From Actinomycetes bacterium (GTDB taxonomy: Bacteria; Actinomycetota; Aquicultoria; UBA3085; Oleimmundimicrobiaceae), in assembly GCA_030614255.1 (NCBI GenBank), contig JAUWKI010000001.1, forward strand, positions 1,603-65,602: 64,000 nucleotides of DNA, read 5' to 3'. The notes below the pieces were generated by a model, which saw only the letters and a list, made by a program, of their open reading frames with translations, had not been told where the DNA came from and did not search any database. Shown here one piece after another: positions 1-10,184 of the stretch; the first letter of the stretch is position 1, and each line of letters begins with the position of its first letter. The translations under genes and the position numbers were made by a program.

Positions 1-1
1 A

Positions 2-634
2 TTTTATGTAATTACTTTGGAAGTGCCCGATTTAAAAAGGAGTCATCTTGAGGTCGCGAAAGCGGCGATTGAAGGTGGGGCCACAGTCATTCAATTTAGA
101 GAAAAAAATAAAACCTCTTGTGAGTTGATTGAGATGGCCCGCGAAGTTCATAAAATTACGCAAACAGCAAATATACCTTTAATAATAAACGACAGACTTG
201 ATGTTGCTCAAGCAATTGGGGCTGAAGGGGTTCATCTTGGGCAGAAAGATATGCCTGTGAAAGTTGCGCGCAGGATACTTGGACCAGATTGTATAATTGG
301 GATGTCCTGCGGAAATATTGAAGAGGCTCTTGAAGCCGTGTGTGATGGGGTAACCTATATTGGAGTCGGTCCGGTTTTTCCAACCTCGACAAAGGAGGAT
401 GCACGTGAGCCCATCGGAATTGAAGGTCTTATTAAAGTTAGAAAAAGGGTTAGCATTCCTGTTGTGGCTATCGGGGGTATTTCAATTGAAAACATTGAAT
501 CGGTAATTGAGGCGGGAGCTGATGGGGTTGCGGTGATTTCTGCCGTAGCATTTTCTTCCGACATGAAAGCAGCCAGTTGCAGTTTATCTAAGAAAATAAA
601 AAGGGTCAAGGAGGCCAAATATGGGCTTAAATGA
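2..634 (+). CDS. thiE: Thiamine-phosphate synthase (5' end truncated by window edge)
   Basis: Frame open from position 2 (FYVIT, the usual LYVIT N-terminal motif); QFREK, INDRLD, GVHLGQ.D and VAIGGI motifs. Confidence 0.95.
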   Translation, partial: FYVITLEVPDLKRSHLEVAKAAIEGGATVIQFREKNKTSCELIEMAREVHKITQTANIPLIINDRLDVAQAIGAEGVHLGQKDMPVKVARRILGPDCIIGMSCGNIEEALEAVCDGVTYIGVGPVFPTSTKEDAREPIGIEGLIKVRKRVSIPVVAIGGISIENIESVIEAGADGVAVISAVAFSSDMKAASCSLSKKIKRVKEAKYGLK

Positions 635-1394
635 GGTTACGATTACAAAAGCAATTGTTGAAGAATTTCTGAATGTTTTTATGAAATATTCTGAGGTGGA
701 TATTGCTCTAGTTGGAGGGGGTCCGGCAAATCTAGTCGCGGCTACTTATTTAGCAAGAGAAGGGGTCAAGACCGTTTTGTTTGAGAAGAAGTTATCTGTG
801 GGTGGAGGAATGTGGGGAGGCGGTATGATGTTTCCTCGCATAGTGGTGCAGCTGGAGGCTTGCAGGATTCTTGATGATTTTGGAATACATTACACTGAAT
901 ATGAATCTGGTTACTATGTTGCCAACTCAGTTGAGTCAGTCGGTAAACTTATAAGTCGGGCTTGCGATTCCGGGGTTCAGATTTTTAATTTAATGACCGT
1001 TGAAGATGTGATGATAAGGGAAGATGATGCTATTGCTGGATTGGTAATAAACTGGACGGCTGTTGATATGGCCGGCCTTCATGTAGACCCCTTATCAATT
1101 TCCGCCGGTATTGTGATAGATGGAACCGGACACGATGCTGAAGTTTGTCGCATTGTCGAAAAGAAAATACCCGAGGCGAAGTTCAGCGTCAAAGGCGAAA
1201 AACCGATGTGGGCTGATGTTGGCGAAAAAGTTCTTTTAGACACGACAAAAGAGGTTTATCCTGGGCTCATTGTGGCGGGAATGGCAGCCAATGCTGTAGC
1301 GGGCGGACACAGAATGGGGCCCATTTTTGGCGGGATGATGTTGTCGGGAGAAAAAGCGGCTCAAATTGCCCTATCAAAACTGGGAGAGGATTAA
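621..1394 (+). CDS. thi4: Sulfide-dependent thiazole synthase (Thi4 family)
   Basis: GGGMWGGG, LHVDP, DGTGHD and HRMGPIFGGM motifs; lies in thiamine cluster. Confidence 0.93.
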   Translation: MGLNEVTITKAIVEEFLNVFMKYSEVDIALVGGGPANLVAATYLAREGVKTVLFEKKLSVGGGMWGGGMMFPRIVVQLEACRILDDFGIHYTEYESGYYVANSVESVGKLISRACDSGVQIFNLMTVEDVMIREDDAIAGLVINWTAVDMAGLHVDPLSISAGIVIDGTGHDAEVCRIVEKKIPEAKFSVKGEKPMWADVGEKVLLDTTKEVYPGLIVAGMAANAVAGGHRMGPIFGGMMLSGEKAAQIALSKLGED

Positions 1395-1395
1395 A

Positions 1396-2685
1396 GTGAC
1401 TCTAATTAAAAGAATTCGAGCGGGTGAAATACCAGAAGATGTAAGAATCGTTGCAAAGAGTGAGTCGGTTAATCTCGATATTTTAACGGGAAAAATTGCT
1501 AGTGGAAAAGTAGTTATACCCAAAAACATTAATCATTCTGTCAATAGATTGGTTGGCATTGGGGAAGGTCTTACTACAAAAGTTAATGCCAATATCGGTA
1601 CATCGGAGGATTACCCTTTCCTTGAAGAAGAGTTAAAGAAATTGGAAGCCGCGGTTCAAGCGAAAACTGACACGATTATGGACCTCAGCACAGGCGGCGA
1701 CTTGGATTCAATTCGTAGGACAATGCTTAAAAAGTCGTCTGTTCCGGTTGGAACGGTTCCAATTTATCAGGCGGCTATTGATGCCAAGTCCAGATATGGA
1801 AGTATTATTGAAATGACCAAAGACCATATTTTTGAGGTTATCAGAAATCAAGCAAAAGATGGTGTTGATTTTATGACCGTCCACTGTGGCGTAACGCGAA
1901 AAGCCCTGGATGTTTTATGCAAAGAGGGGAGAGTAATGGACGTGGTGAGCCGCGGTGGGGCATTTACGATGGGATGGATTTTACATAACGATAAAGAGAA
2001 TCCTCTCTATGAAGAATTTGATGAATTGTTAAACATTGCAAAAGAATATGATGTTGTCTTAAGTCTCGGTGACGGAATGCGGCCTGGTTGTATAGCTGAT
2101 GCTACGGATGGTGCTCAGATTCAAGAGCTTTTAACCCTAGGCGAATTGGTAGACAGAGCTCTTGAAGCAGAGGTACAAGTGATGGTAGAGGGTCCGGGAC
2201 ATGTGCCTTTTGACCAAATAGAAGCCAATATTAAATTGGAAAAAGAGATATGTAAAGGCGCTCCATTTTATGTTCTGGGGCCCATTGTAACTGATGTTGC
2301 TCCAGGGTATGATCACATTACTTCAGCGATTGGCGGAACATTAGCGGCCTCGGCGGGCGCGGACTTTTTATGTTATGTCACTTCGCGTGAGCATCTTGGC
2401 CTACCAACTGTGGAAGATGTGAGAGAAGGGGTAGTTGTTTCCAGAATAGCCGCCCATGCGGCGGATATTGCTAAAGGAATTCCAGGGGCTAGAGAATGGG
2501 ATTTGGAGATGGCAAAAGCGAGACGGCTCTTGGATTGGGAAAATGAAATAAAATTAGCAATTGACCCCGAAAAAGCAAAAAGTGCATATGAGGAGAGAAA
2601 GAAGAAAGGCGAAGATGTCTGCACGATGTGCGGAAATTTTTGTGCTTTAAAGTTGGTAGATGAATATCTGGGAAAACAAGGGTAA
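1396..2685 (+). CDS. thiC: Phosphomethylpyrimidine synthase
   Basis: KVNANIGTS, MDLSTGG, SRGG, EGPGH and C-terminal CTMCGNFC; GTG start at 1396 preferred over 1366. Confidence 0.97.
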   Translation: MTLIKRIRAGEIPEDVRIVAKSESVNLDILTGKIASGKVVIPKNINHSVNRLVGIGEGLTTKVNANIGTSEDYPFLEEELKKLEAAVQAKTDTIMDLSTGGDLDSIRRTMLKKSSVPVGTVPIYQAAIDAKSRYGSIIEMTKDHIFEVIRNQAKDGVDFMTVHCGVTRKALDVLCKEGRVMDVVSRGGAFTMGWILHNDKENPLYEEFDELLNIAKEYDVVLSLGDGMRPGCIADATDGAQIQELLTLGELVDRALEAEVQVMVEGPGHVPFDQIEANIKLEKEICKGAPFYVLGPIVTDVAPGYDHITSAIGGTLAASAGADFLCYVTSREHLGLPTVEDVREGVVVSRIAAHAADIAKGIPGAREWDLEMAKARRLLDWENEIKLAIDPEKAKSAYEERKKKGEDVCTMCGNFCALKLVDEYLGKQG

Positions 2686-2782
2686 AAAATTCAGCCCCCA
2701 GCATTCAGGAAAGGTGCAGGAACTTAAAAGCATGAAGCAAGAGAAGTCAACGATGGTTTTAGTAAGTTAGGTGTAAAAGCAT

Positions 2783-3784
2783 ATGTACATTGAAGACATT
2801 GGTGAATCGGGATTAATTGAAAGAATTTCTAATTTAGTCGGAGTTAAAAATAGAGATATAGTCGTTTCCATCGGGGACGATGCGGCCGTTGTTCGAACCT
2901 CTTCAGATTATTACACGCTTTTTACCACCGATTTTTTGATAGAAGGAGTTCATTTTGATCTTTCGACTATTTCAGCTTACCAATTGGGACGTAAATCCAT
3001 GCTTGTTAACATCAGTGATATCGCGGCGATGTCAGGCATGCCCACCTATGCCTTAGTTTCTTTGGGTATCAAGCCTAAGACCAAGGTTGAATTCATAGAA
3101 GAATTGTACAAGGGGATGCTAGATATATCTAAGGAATATGACTTTGCGATAGTTGGTGGTGATACGGTTACTTCCCCACATTCTTTATCGGTTAATATCT
3201 GCATGATTGGAAAGGTAGAGCCGAATTTTTTAAGAAAGAGGAGCGATGCAAAGATTGGAGACAAGATTTTAGTAACCGGTGAATTGGGTGCCTCAGCCGC
3301 CGGTCTTTTTTTATTGAATTCTAAGATAAAAATGGATGATATCCTGGTAAAATCTCATTTTGAGCCGGTTCCCAGATTGAAAGAAGCGAGAGTCTCAGCC
3401 GAGTGCGGAGCACATGCTATCGAGGACATAAGCGATGGTCTTGCTAGCGAAATATTTCATATTTGTGATGCTAGCGGAGTGGGGGCCTTTATATATCACG
3501 ATAGTCTGCCCATTGCCAAGAGAGTCAGAGATGTTGCGGAAGTTGCCGGAAAATCGGCTGAAGATTTCGCTCTTTATGGTGGGGAAGATTATGAAATTGT
3601 CTTAACGGTTGCTCCGGAGAGAGTGGAGGAGCTTATCAATCGAGTTCAATCTGAAACCGGGACCATCGTAAGTTTAGTTGGGGAAATTGTTGATGAAGAA
3701 AAAGGGATTTTTATCTTGACAAAGGATGGTATAAAAAAATCCATAACCAAGGGATATGATCACTTTGAAAAAGGAGTACTTTAA
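2783..3784 (+). CDS. thiL: Thiamine-monophosphate kinase
   Basis: IGDDAAV, NISDIAAM, GGDT, DISDGL and GGEDYE motifs. Confidence 0.96.
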   Translation: MYIEDIGESGLIERISNLVGVKNRDIVVSIGDDAAVVRTSSDYYTLFTTDFLIEGVHFDLSTISAYQLGRKSMLVNISDIAAMSGMPTYALVSLGIKPKTKVEFIEELYKGMLDISKEYDFAIVGGDTVTSPHSLSVNICMIGKVEPNFLRKRSDAKIGDKILVTGELGASAAGLFLLNSKIKMDDILVKSHFEPVPRLKEARVSAECGAHAIEDISDGLASEIFHICDASGVGAFIYHDSLPIAKRVRDVAEVAGKSAEDFALYGGEDYEIVLTVAPERVEELINRVQSETGTIVSLVGEIVDEEKGIFILTKDGIKKSITKGYDHFEKGVL

Positions 3785-4570
3785 TTGAAAGTAAAGAAAG
3801 TATTGGTTGTTGGAGGCTCAGACCCAACCGGAGGCGCTGGGATTCAAGTGGATAGACTTACCGCTGTTGATTTGGGAGTTTATCCCTATAGCGTTTTAAC
3901 GACAATTATTGCTCAAAACAGTTACAGGGTATTGGAGGAAGAGAAGCTGTCTCCTGAAATAATTAATAGACAATTGGAGGCCATTTTTCTTGATTCGCAC
4001 GTTGATGCCGTAAAGACCGGGGTCCTTGCTTCCAGGGAGGCAATTGAGGTGATTTCGGATTTTTTTGAAGAATCCAAGGTGAAGAATCTTGTAGTTGACC
4101 CAGTATTTCAATCTTCTAGCGGCACATCTTTTCTTGGAGCTTCGGCAATTTCTTTAATGAAAAATCGTTTATTTGCAATTGCTCAAGTTGTTACACCAAA
4201 CATATTTGAAGCTGAAATACTCGCAGGTTTTCCTATAAAAAACTTTGATGATATGAGGGAAGCGGCTAAGAAAATAAAGATGTTTGGATCCGAATGGGTA
4301 TTAATCAAAGGAGGACATCTCCAGGGCGATGAGTGTGTCGATTTTTTGTTTGACGGAAATGCTGAATGGGAATATCCTGGCAAACGAGTAAATAAGAACG
4401 TTAGGGGAACTGGCTGTATTTTTTCTTGCGCGATTGCTTCCCAGCTTGCTTTAGGTGAAAATGTGCCGGAGGCAGTAGGGATAGCCAAAAAATATGTTGG
4501 GGATAGAATTTTAAATGCAATTTCTCTTGGGAAGGGTAGCCATCAATCCATTCCATCTTTTTTTTCATGA
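3785..4570 (+). CDS. thiD: Hydroxymethylpyrimidine/phosphomethylpyrimidine kinase
   Basis: GSDPTGGAGIQ, VVDPV, TPN..EA, KGGH and GTGC motifs. Confidence 0.93.
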   Translation: MKVKKVLVVGGSDPTGGAGIQVDRLTAVDLGVYPYSVLTTIIAQNSYRVLEEEKLSPEIINRQLEAIFLDSHVDAVKTGVLASREAIEVISDFFEESKVKNLVVDPVFQSSSGTSFLGASAISLMKNRLFAIAQVVTPNIFEAEILAGFPIKNFDDMREAAKKIKMFGSEWVLIKGGHLQGDECVDFLFDGNAEWEYPGKRVNKNVRGTGCIFSCAIASQLALGENVPEAVGIAKKYVGDRILNAISLGKGSHQSIPSFFS

Positions 4571-4592
4571 GCTTGAGGCCGGGAAAGAATCG

Positions 4593-4781
4593 TTAAGCTT
4601 TTGTTATCTTGTTAGATTTAATACATCTTGTGCAGACATTTGCTTTTCTAACGTTACCGCTCTCGGTTATCCTTATAGTTTGTATATTAGCTTTCCACAT
4701 TTTTAACGTCTTCTTATGTGAATGGCTCACATTCTTTCCGAACAGTGGTCCTTTCCCACAGACTTCACACTTCTTTGACAT
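4593..4781 (-). CDS. rpmB: 50S ribosomal protein L28
   Basis: MSKKCEVCGK...NVSHSH...W..N...VCTRC; divergent from Asp23. Confidence 0.96.
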   Translation of the reverse strand: MSKKCEVCGKGPLFGKNVSHSHKKTLKMWKANIQTIRITESGNVRKANVCTRCIKSNKITKA

Positions 4782-4931
4782 TTAAACACTCCTATTTCTA
4801 ATTATCTTTTCGCTCGAAAAATATTAGCATCATGGAGGGTCTTTTGCAAGAAGGTTTTATTCTTTGTATTTTTTTATTATGTTATAATCGGCACAAGTTA
4901 TGGGTGTTTTTGTTTAAAGCTAGGAGGCACA

Positions 4932-5285
4932 ATGGGTGAAAATGAGGAGTATATTGGTCAAATAAATGTTGCCAATGATGTCATAGCTGATTTGGCGGGT
5001 TATGCTGCGCTTGAAAGTTATGGTGTTGTCGGCATGACAAGTTCCAGCCATAAGGTCGAAGTTGCCCAGCTGTTGACTCGCGATAAGCTGAAAAAGGGAA
5101 TTAGAGTTAAAATATCGGATGGCAAGGTCGAGATAGAATTGTACGTAATAATCGAGCATGGGACGAATTTAAGTGAAGTTGCTCGAAACCTCGTTGAACG
5201 TGTTAAGTATGAGGTTGAGAAATATACTGGATTTGAAGTAGCCAATGTAGAAATACACATCCAAGGTGTAAAAACGAGAAAGTGA
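4932..5285 (+). CDS. Asp23/Gls24 family protein
   Basis: GQINVANDVIA..AG.AALESYGVVGM signature; rpmB-Asp23-DAK2 synteny. Confidence 0.9.
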   Translation: MGENEEYIGQINVANDVIADLAGYAALESYGVVGMTSSSHKVEVAQLLTRDKLKKGIRVKISDGKVEIELYVIIEHGTNLSEVARNLVERVKYEVEKYTGFEVANVEIHIQGVKTRK

Positions 5286-5304
5286 TTTTATCAAAGGCCA
5301 TGTC

Positions 5305-6891
5305 ATGACAGAGTTAACCGCAAGCGATTTGCCAAATCTAATAAAAGCTTCTTTAAGCGCTCTTCGGAAACATGAAGAAGAGATAAATAAGCTTAATGTG
5401 TATCCGGTTCCAGACGGAGATACTGGAACAAATATGGTCTTTACCATGCAAGCTGTTTGCGATGAGTTATCGAAGTCTGAATGTGACACAACGGAAAATA
5501 TCTGCAAAATACTTACGCATGGTTCACTTATGGGTGGTCGAGGGAATTCAGGTGTAATTCTTTCCCAGATAATCAAAGGTTTTTGTGAAATTTTGTCTAC
5601 TAAGGAATTTATTGATTCAGTTTCTCTCGCGGAAGCCTTTGAGAATAGTGTGCAGGTTGCCTATAGGGCCATACGAAAACCTGTTGAAGGAACGATGCTC
5701 ACTGTTATCAAGGACGCAGCTGCAGCGGCAAAGAAATTTGATAAAGAAATTGAGCTGGATATATTTTTAGAGTATGTGTTGAGTGAGGCAAAGAAGTCTG
5801 TTATGAGAACACCAGAGCTTTTACCCGTCCTTAAGGAATCCGGAGTCGTTGACGCTGGTGGCTGGGGCCTGGTTCTTATGGGAAGCGGTGTTTTGTCTTC
5901 AATGAGAGGTGAGACAGAACATGAAGAGTTGACAGAATATAATATGCCTACTCTACAACATGTTGAGGATATTTCTCTTGAGTATCAATATTGTACTGAG
6001 TTTCTTTTAAAAAGCACGGGTATAGATATTTCAAAGTTTGAAGAACAGCTTGCACCCTTGGGAGACTCACTCTTGGTTGTCGGTTCGGAAACACTAACTC
6101 GTGTACATATACATACGAATGACCTCGGTACAGTTTTAGATTTGGCAACAAACAAGGGCTCTGTCACGGGAATAAAAATAAATAACATGCAAGAGGAGAG
6201 CGAAGAAAGAGCCGAAAAGATTGCTGAGGATACGAGCGGAATTGGACTCGTTGCTGTAGCTAATGGTGAAGGCGTTAAAAAAATACTATTAAGTTTGGGC
6301 GTCCAAAGAATTGTAAATGGTGGACAAACCATGAATCCAAGCACCGCCGATATTTTGAAAGCGGTTAAGGATGTTAACGCGGCAAAGGTCATCATTCTTC
6401 CGAACAATAAAAACGTAATCTTGGCTGCCCAGAGGGTTTCAGAATTAACAAAAAAAGAGATCGGTGTCGTTCCGACAAAGTCTATTCCCCAAGCTTTTTC
6501 GGCTCTTTTAGCTTTCGACAAGGATAACCCCCTTGCTTTAAATGTTGAAAACATGTCAAGCTTATTATTTCAAGTGAAAACCGGTGAAATAACAAAAGCA
6601 GTCAGGGATTCAAAAACCCCGATTGGCGAAGTTAAAAAAGGTGATTTCATCGGTCTCACCAATCACAAAGTAAGTGTTTCAGGAAAATCTTTTATAAAAA
6701 CGGCTACAAAGTTAATTGATAATATGCTCGATGATGAAAGCGAAGTTGTTACATTTTTGTTTGGTGAGGGGATACAGGAAAAAGATTTAGAGAAATTGTC
6801 AAAAATTATTTCAAAAGAACATTCTGACATAGAGATCGAAATTCATGAAGGAGGACAAGCTCTTTATCCATTAATAATTGGGGTTGAATAA
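5305..6891 (+). CDS. DAK2-domain fatty acid kinase catalytic subunit (FakA-like)
   Basis: LNVYPVPDGDTGTNM, GNSGVILSQ, VDAGG, YCTEF and GGQTMNPS motifs. Confidence 0.93.
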   Translation: MTELTASDLPNLIKASLSALRKHEEEINKLNVYPVPDGDTGTNMVFTMQAVCDELSKSECDTTENICKILTHGSLMGGRGNSGVILSQIIKGFCEILSTKEFIDSVSLAEAFENSVQVAYRAIRKPVEGTMLTVIKDAAAAAKKFDKEIELDIFLEYVLSEAKKSVMRTPELLPVLKESGVVDAGGWGLVLMGSGVLSSMRGETEHEELTEYNMPTLQHVEDISLEYQYCTEFLLKSTGIDISKFEEQLAPLGDSLLVVGSETLTRVHIHTNDLGTVLDLATNKGSVTGIKINNMQEESEERAEKIAEDTSGIGLVAVANGEGVKKILLSLGVQRIVNGGQTMNPSTADILKAVKDVNAAKVIILPNNKNVILAAQRVSELTKKEIGVVPTKSIPQAFSALLAFDKDNPLALNVENMSSLLFQVKTGEITKAVRDSKTPIGEVKKGDFIGLTNHKVSVSGKSFIKTATKLIDNMLDDESEVVTFLFGEGIQEKDLEKLSKIISKEHSDIEIEIHEGGQALYPLIIGVE

Positions 6892-7003
6892 AAAATGTTA
6901 AATAGCATTAAAGGCAAATAGTCGTAAAAAAAGTAAAAACATGTAAGTTGTTAGCTTATTGAGTAGTTAGTTGAGCAGCCAAAGACAAATGGAGGTAATA
7001 AAG

Positions 7004-7849
7004 ATGGGAAAAGTCGCAATTGTCACTGACAGTACCGCCGATTTTGAACTTTCCTACTATAAGAAAAATGATGTTTGCATGGTGCCTTTGATGGTTCGTT
7101 TCAAAGAAGAGTCGTTTAAGGATTGGGTTGACATCAAACCAAAAGAATTTTATAAAAAACTAAGGGCCTCAGATGTTCTTCCAAAGACATCTCAGCCAAC
7201 TGTTGCCCAATTTGAGGAAGTTTATAAAAAGCTATCAAAAGATTGCTCGCACATCGTTTCAATTCATATCTCCTCGAAGTTGAGCGGCACGATTCAGTCG
7301 GCCCAAATTGCAAGTGAACATATTGATATCCCCGTTGAGATAATTGATGGAAAATCGGGGTCTGTATTGACCGGTATCTTAGTTGATTTAGCTGTTAGGG
7401 CGCGCGATGATGGAAAAACCGCCGAGGAAATAGTCCAAATTGTCAATAAAGCACGGGATAAAGCAAAATTTTTATTTGTTGTCGATACTTTAAAGTATCT
7501 TCATTTAGGCGGGCGCGTTGGAAAAGCACAAGCGTTAGTTGGCGGCTTACTAAAGGTTAAGCCGATTCTTACGCTGGAAGATGGCTTGGTGGCCCCTTAC
7601 AAGAAAGTAAAAGGAACCAGAAAGGCCATACAGGAAGTTGTTTCTACCGCAAAAGAAAGCATAGACCAAGATAAACCTTATTGTTTAGTTGTTGCGCATG
7701 CTGATGCTCCTGACAATCTAACGTATTTAAAGGAACTCCTCTTGAAAGAAGGGTTTAAATCAAGCCAAACAATCGAGGGCGAGGTTGGTGCTGTTATCGG
7801 AACACATGTCGGCCCCGGGGCTGTCGCATTAGTTTATTATCAGGAATAA
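7004..7849 (+). CDS. DegV family fatty-acid-binding protein (FakB-like)
   Basis: IVTDSTAD, KTSQP, SSKLSGT, LHLGGR and THVGPG motifs; ATG 7004 follows GGAGG. Confidence 0.93.
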   Translation: MGKVAIVTDSTADFELSYYKKNDVCMVPLMVRFKEESFKDWVDIKPKEFYKKLRASDVLPKTSQPTVAQFEEVYKKLSKDCSHIVSIHISSKLSGTIQSAQIASEHIDIPVEIIDGKSGSVLTGILVDLAVRARDDGKTAEEIVQIVNKARDKAKFLFVVDTLKYLHLGGRVGKAQALVGGLLKVKPILTLEDGLVAPYKKVKGTRKAIQEVVSTAKESIDQDKPYCLVVAHADAPDNLTYLKELLLKEGFKSSQTIEGEVGAVIGTHVGPGAVALVYYQE

Positions 7850-7853
7850 TTTT

Positions 7854-10145
7854 ATGGCTGAAAAGTTTTTAAATAGGTTAGTAGAGCTTGAGGAAAAATT
7901 TGGTATAAACAACACCTCGGTAATTGGGGGATTCACCCAATACCTTCAAAGCATAGATTGCGCATTGCCTGGCTTTAAATCTTGTTCGACGCTCAATCAA
8001 GCGAATACTTTAAAGGATATGGTTCTATCCTTCGAGAATTCTTCAAAATTTGACTCAATTGAGAAAATTGCCTTACTCGACGAGCCAATAGAATCTGCGA
8101 AACATGTAGGAACCACGATTGGCAGACGCTTTAGGCGACTGGGTATCGAAACCTTAAGAGATCTTCTATGTCATTTTCCACATAGATACCTTGATTTCGC
8201 CGAGATTAGAAAAATATCGGAGGTTAAGGTCGGGGAGGAAGTTACCGTAGTTGGTACCGTTAAAGATATTAAAAAACGCATGGGTCGAAGTGGAATTCGA
8301 GTCCTGAGTATCGGAATTTTTGATGGTACGGGTTATGTCTACGGAACATGGTTTAATCAGAGTTACATCGCTAAGAGATTAAAAGAAGGAACAAGGGTTG
8401 CTTATAGCGGTAAGATTATTTACAGATTTGGGTTAATGCAAATCCAAAACCCACTCTTTGATGTGGTTGAAGATGACAATTTTAAATCAGTTAATACCGG
8501 CCGCATTATCCCGATATACCCAGCCACACAAGATCTTTCGCCTGCGTTAATAAGAAGGGTGATTAGGAATGTGCTTGCTGAATTTATTGACATACTCGAT
8601 TACATGCCTGTTGAAACCAGGAGAAAACTAGGTCTTCCGAATCTTTTATTTAGCTTGCAAGAAATACACTTTCCCTTGTCTAAATCCAACTTGAAAAAAG
8701 CAAAAAACAGACTTCTTTTTGACGAACTTTTCTTGATGCAACTCGGGCTTGCTCTAAAAAAGAAGAGATTTGAAGAGAGTATGGTTGGAATCAAGCATGT
8801 TGTTAAAGAAAACAAGCTGGACCAGTTTTTCAAGTTGTTACCTTTTAAATTAACGACTGATCAAAACAACGTCATTAAAGAGATATATGAGGATATGGCA
8901 AATTCGCGTCCGATGAGTCGTCTGCTGCAAGGTGAGGTTGGTTCAGGCAAAACGGTAGTTGCTTTAGCCGCTTTACTCACGACGGTTTCTTGTGGTTATC
9001 AAGGGGCGATTATGGCGCCAACAGAAGTGCTTGCCAATCAACATTTTCTCAAAATGAAAGAGATATTAGATAAGCTTGGGGTTAAATCCGTGAGTTTAAC
9101 CGGGAGTATTCCCGCTAAAAAGAGAGAGGAATTACAAGAGGGAATATGCAATGGGGACACAGATATTATTATCGGCACACATGCCTTGATTCAAGAGGGA
9201 GTTGAATTTAACAACCTGGGGTTGGTTGTTGTAGACGAGCAGCATCGCTTCGGGGTTGAGCAGAGGATGAAATTAAAAGAAAAAGGAGTTTATCCCGACG
9301 TTTTAATAATGACTGCAACACCAATTCCAAGAACTCTATCGCTTACCTTATATGGTGATCTCGATATATCAATTATAAAAGAGCGACCCGGTGGAAGAGA
9401 TCTCTCTGAATATGTTGAAACTTATGTGTGCAACAATCGGCATCGAAAAAGAGCATACGAAAAGATACGGAGTGAGGTCAAGAAGGGTAGGCAGGCGTAT
9501 ATAATTTGTCCTCTAATTGAAGAGTCGGATAAACTTGAGGCCAAAGCGGTTAAGGATGAGGTTATTTACCTGAGAAAAGAGGTATTTCCCGACCTTAGGG
9601 TCGGGGTGATTCACGGGAAGCTTAAATCTAAAGACAAAGATCAAATTATGAGAGAGTTTCGTGAGAATAAGGTTGATATACTTATCTCAACCACGGTAGT
9701 TGAGGTTGGTATTGATATACCTAATGCTTCAGTTATGTTGATTGAAAACGCGGATAGATTTGGTCTCTCACAGCTTCACCAATTAAGAGGTAGAATAGGT
9801 CGGGGAGAACACAAGTCTTACTGTATATTATTTGCTGATCTTGCTACGGAAGAGTCCAAAGCTAGAATGAAGGCAATAAAAGAGATAAAGGATGGTTTTA
9901 AACTGGCAGAAGCGGATTTGGAAATCAGGGGGGAAGGTCAGCTTTTTGGCACACGTCAGTCCGGTCTTCCCGACCTCAAACTTGCCAAATTGACGAGAGA
10001 TATTGATGTTCTTCTTATGGCTCGAAAGGAAGCTTTTGCTATTATAGAAGCTGATCCAGAGCTCAGTTTGTCTATTGATAAACCGTTGATGAGGGTGGTA
10101 AAGCAACGATTTTCGAAAAATCTAGATTGGTTGTTTCAAAACTGA
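7854..10145 (+). CDS. recG: ATP-dependent DNA helicase RecG
   Basis: QGEVGSGKT, DEQHRFG, MTATPIPR and QLRGRIGRG motifs; has an N-terminal extension. Confidence 0.97.
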   Translation: MAEKFLNRLVELEEKFGINNTSVIGGFTQYLQSIDCALPGFKSCSTLNQANTLKDMVLSFENSSKFDSIEKIALLDEPIESAKHVGTTIGRRFRRLGIETLRDLLCHFPHRYLDFAEIRKISEVKVGEEVTVVGTVKDIKKRMGRSGIRVLSIGIFDGTGYVYGTWFNQSYIAKRLKEGTRVAYSGKIIYRFGLMQIQNPLFDVVEDDNFKSVNTGRIIPIYPATQDLSPALIRRVIRNVLAEFIDILDYMPVETRRKLGLPNLLFSLQEIHFPLSKSNLKKAKNRLLFDELFLMQLGLALKKKRFEESMVGIKHVVKENKLDQFFKLLPFKLTTDQNNVIKEIYEDMANSRPMSRLLQGEVGSGKTVVALAALLTTVSCGYQGAIMAPTEVLANQHFLKMKEILDKLGVKSVSLTGSIPAKKREELQEGICNGDTDIIIGTHALIQEGVEFNNLGLVVVDEQHRFGVEQRMKLKEKGVYPDVLIMTATPIPRTLSLTLYGDLDISIIKERPGGRDLSEYVETYVCNNRHRKRAYEKIRSEVKKGRQAYIICPLIEESDKLEAKAVKDEVIYLRKEVFPDLRVGVIHGKLKSKDKDQIMREFRENKVDILISTTVVEVGIDIPNASVMLIENADRFGLSQLHQLRGRIGRGEHKSYCILFADLATEESKARMKAIKEIKDGFKLAEADLEIRGEGQLFGTRQSGLPDLKLAKLTRDIDVLLMARKEAFAIIEADPELSLSIDKPLMRVVKQRFSKNLDWLFQN

Positions 10146-10184
10146 ATCTCATCACATTAAATTTTTGGTGGCTGAATTTTAAAA

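Noticed and set aside
2686..2782. thiC-thiL spacer checked for a TPP riboswitch or SRP RNA
   Set aside because: No CUGAGA/ACCUG TPP core and no complete SRP domain IV helix.
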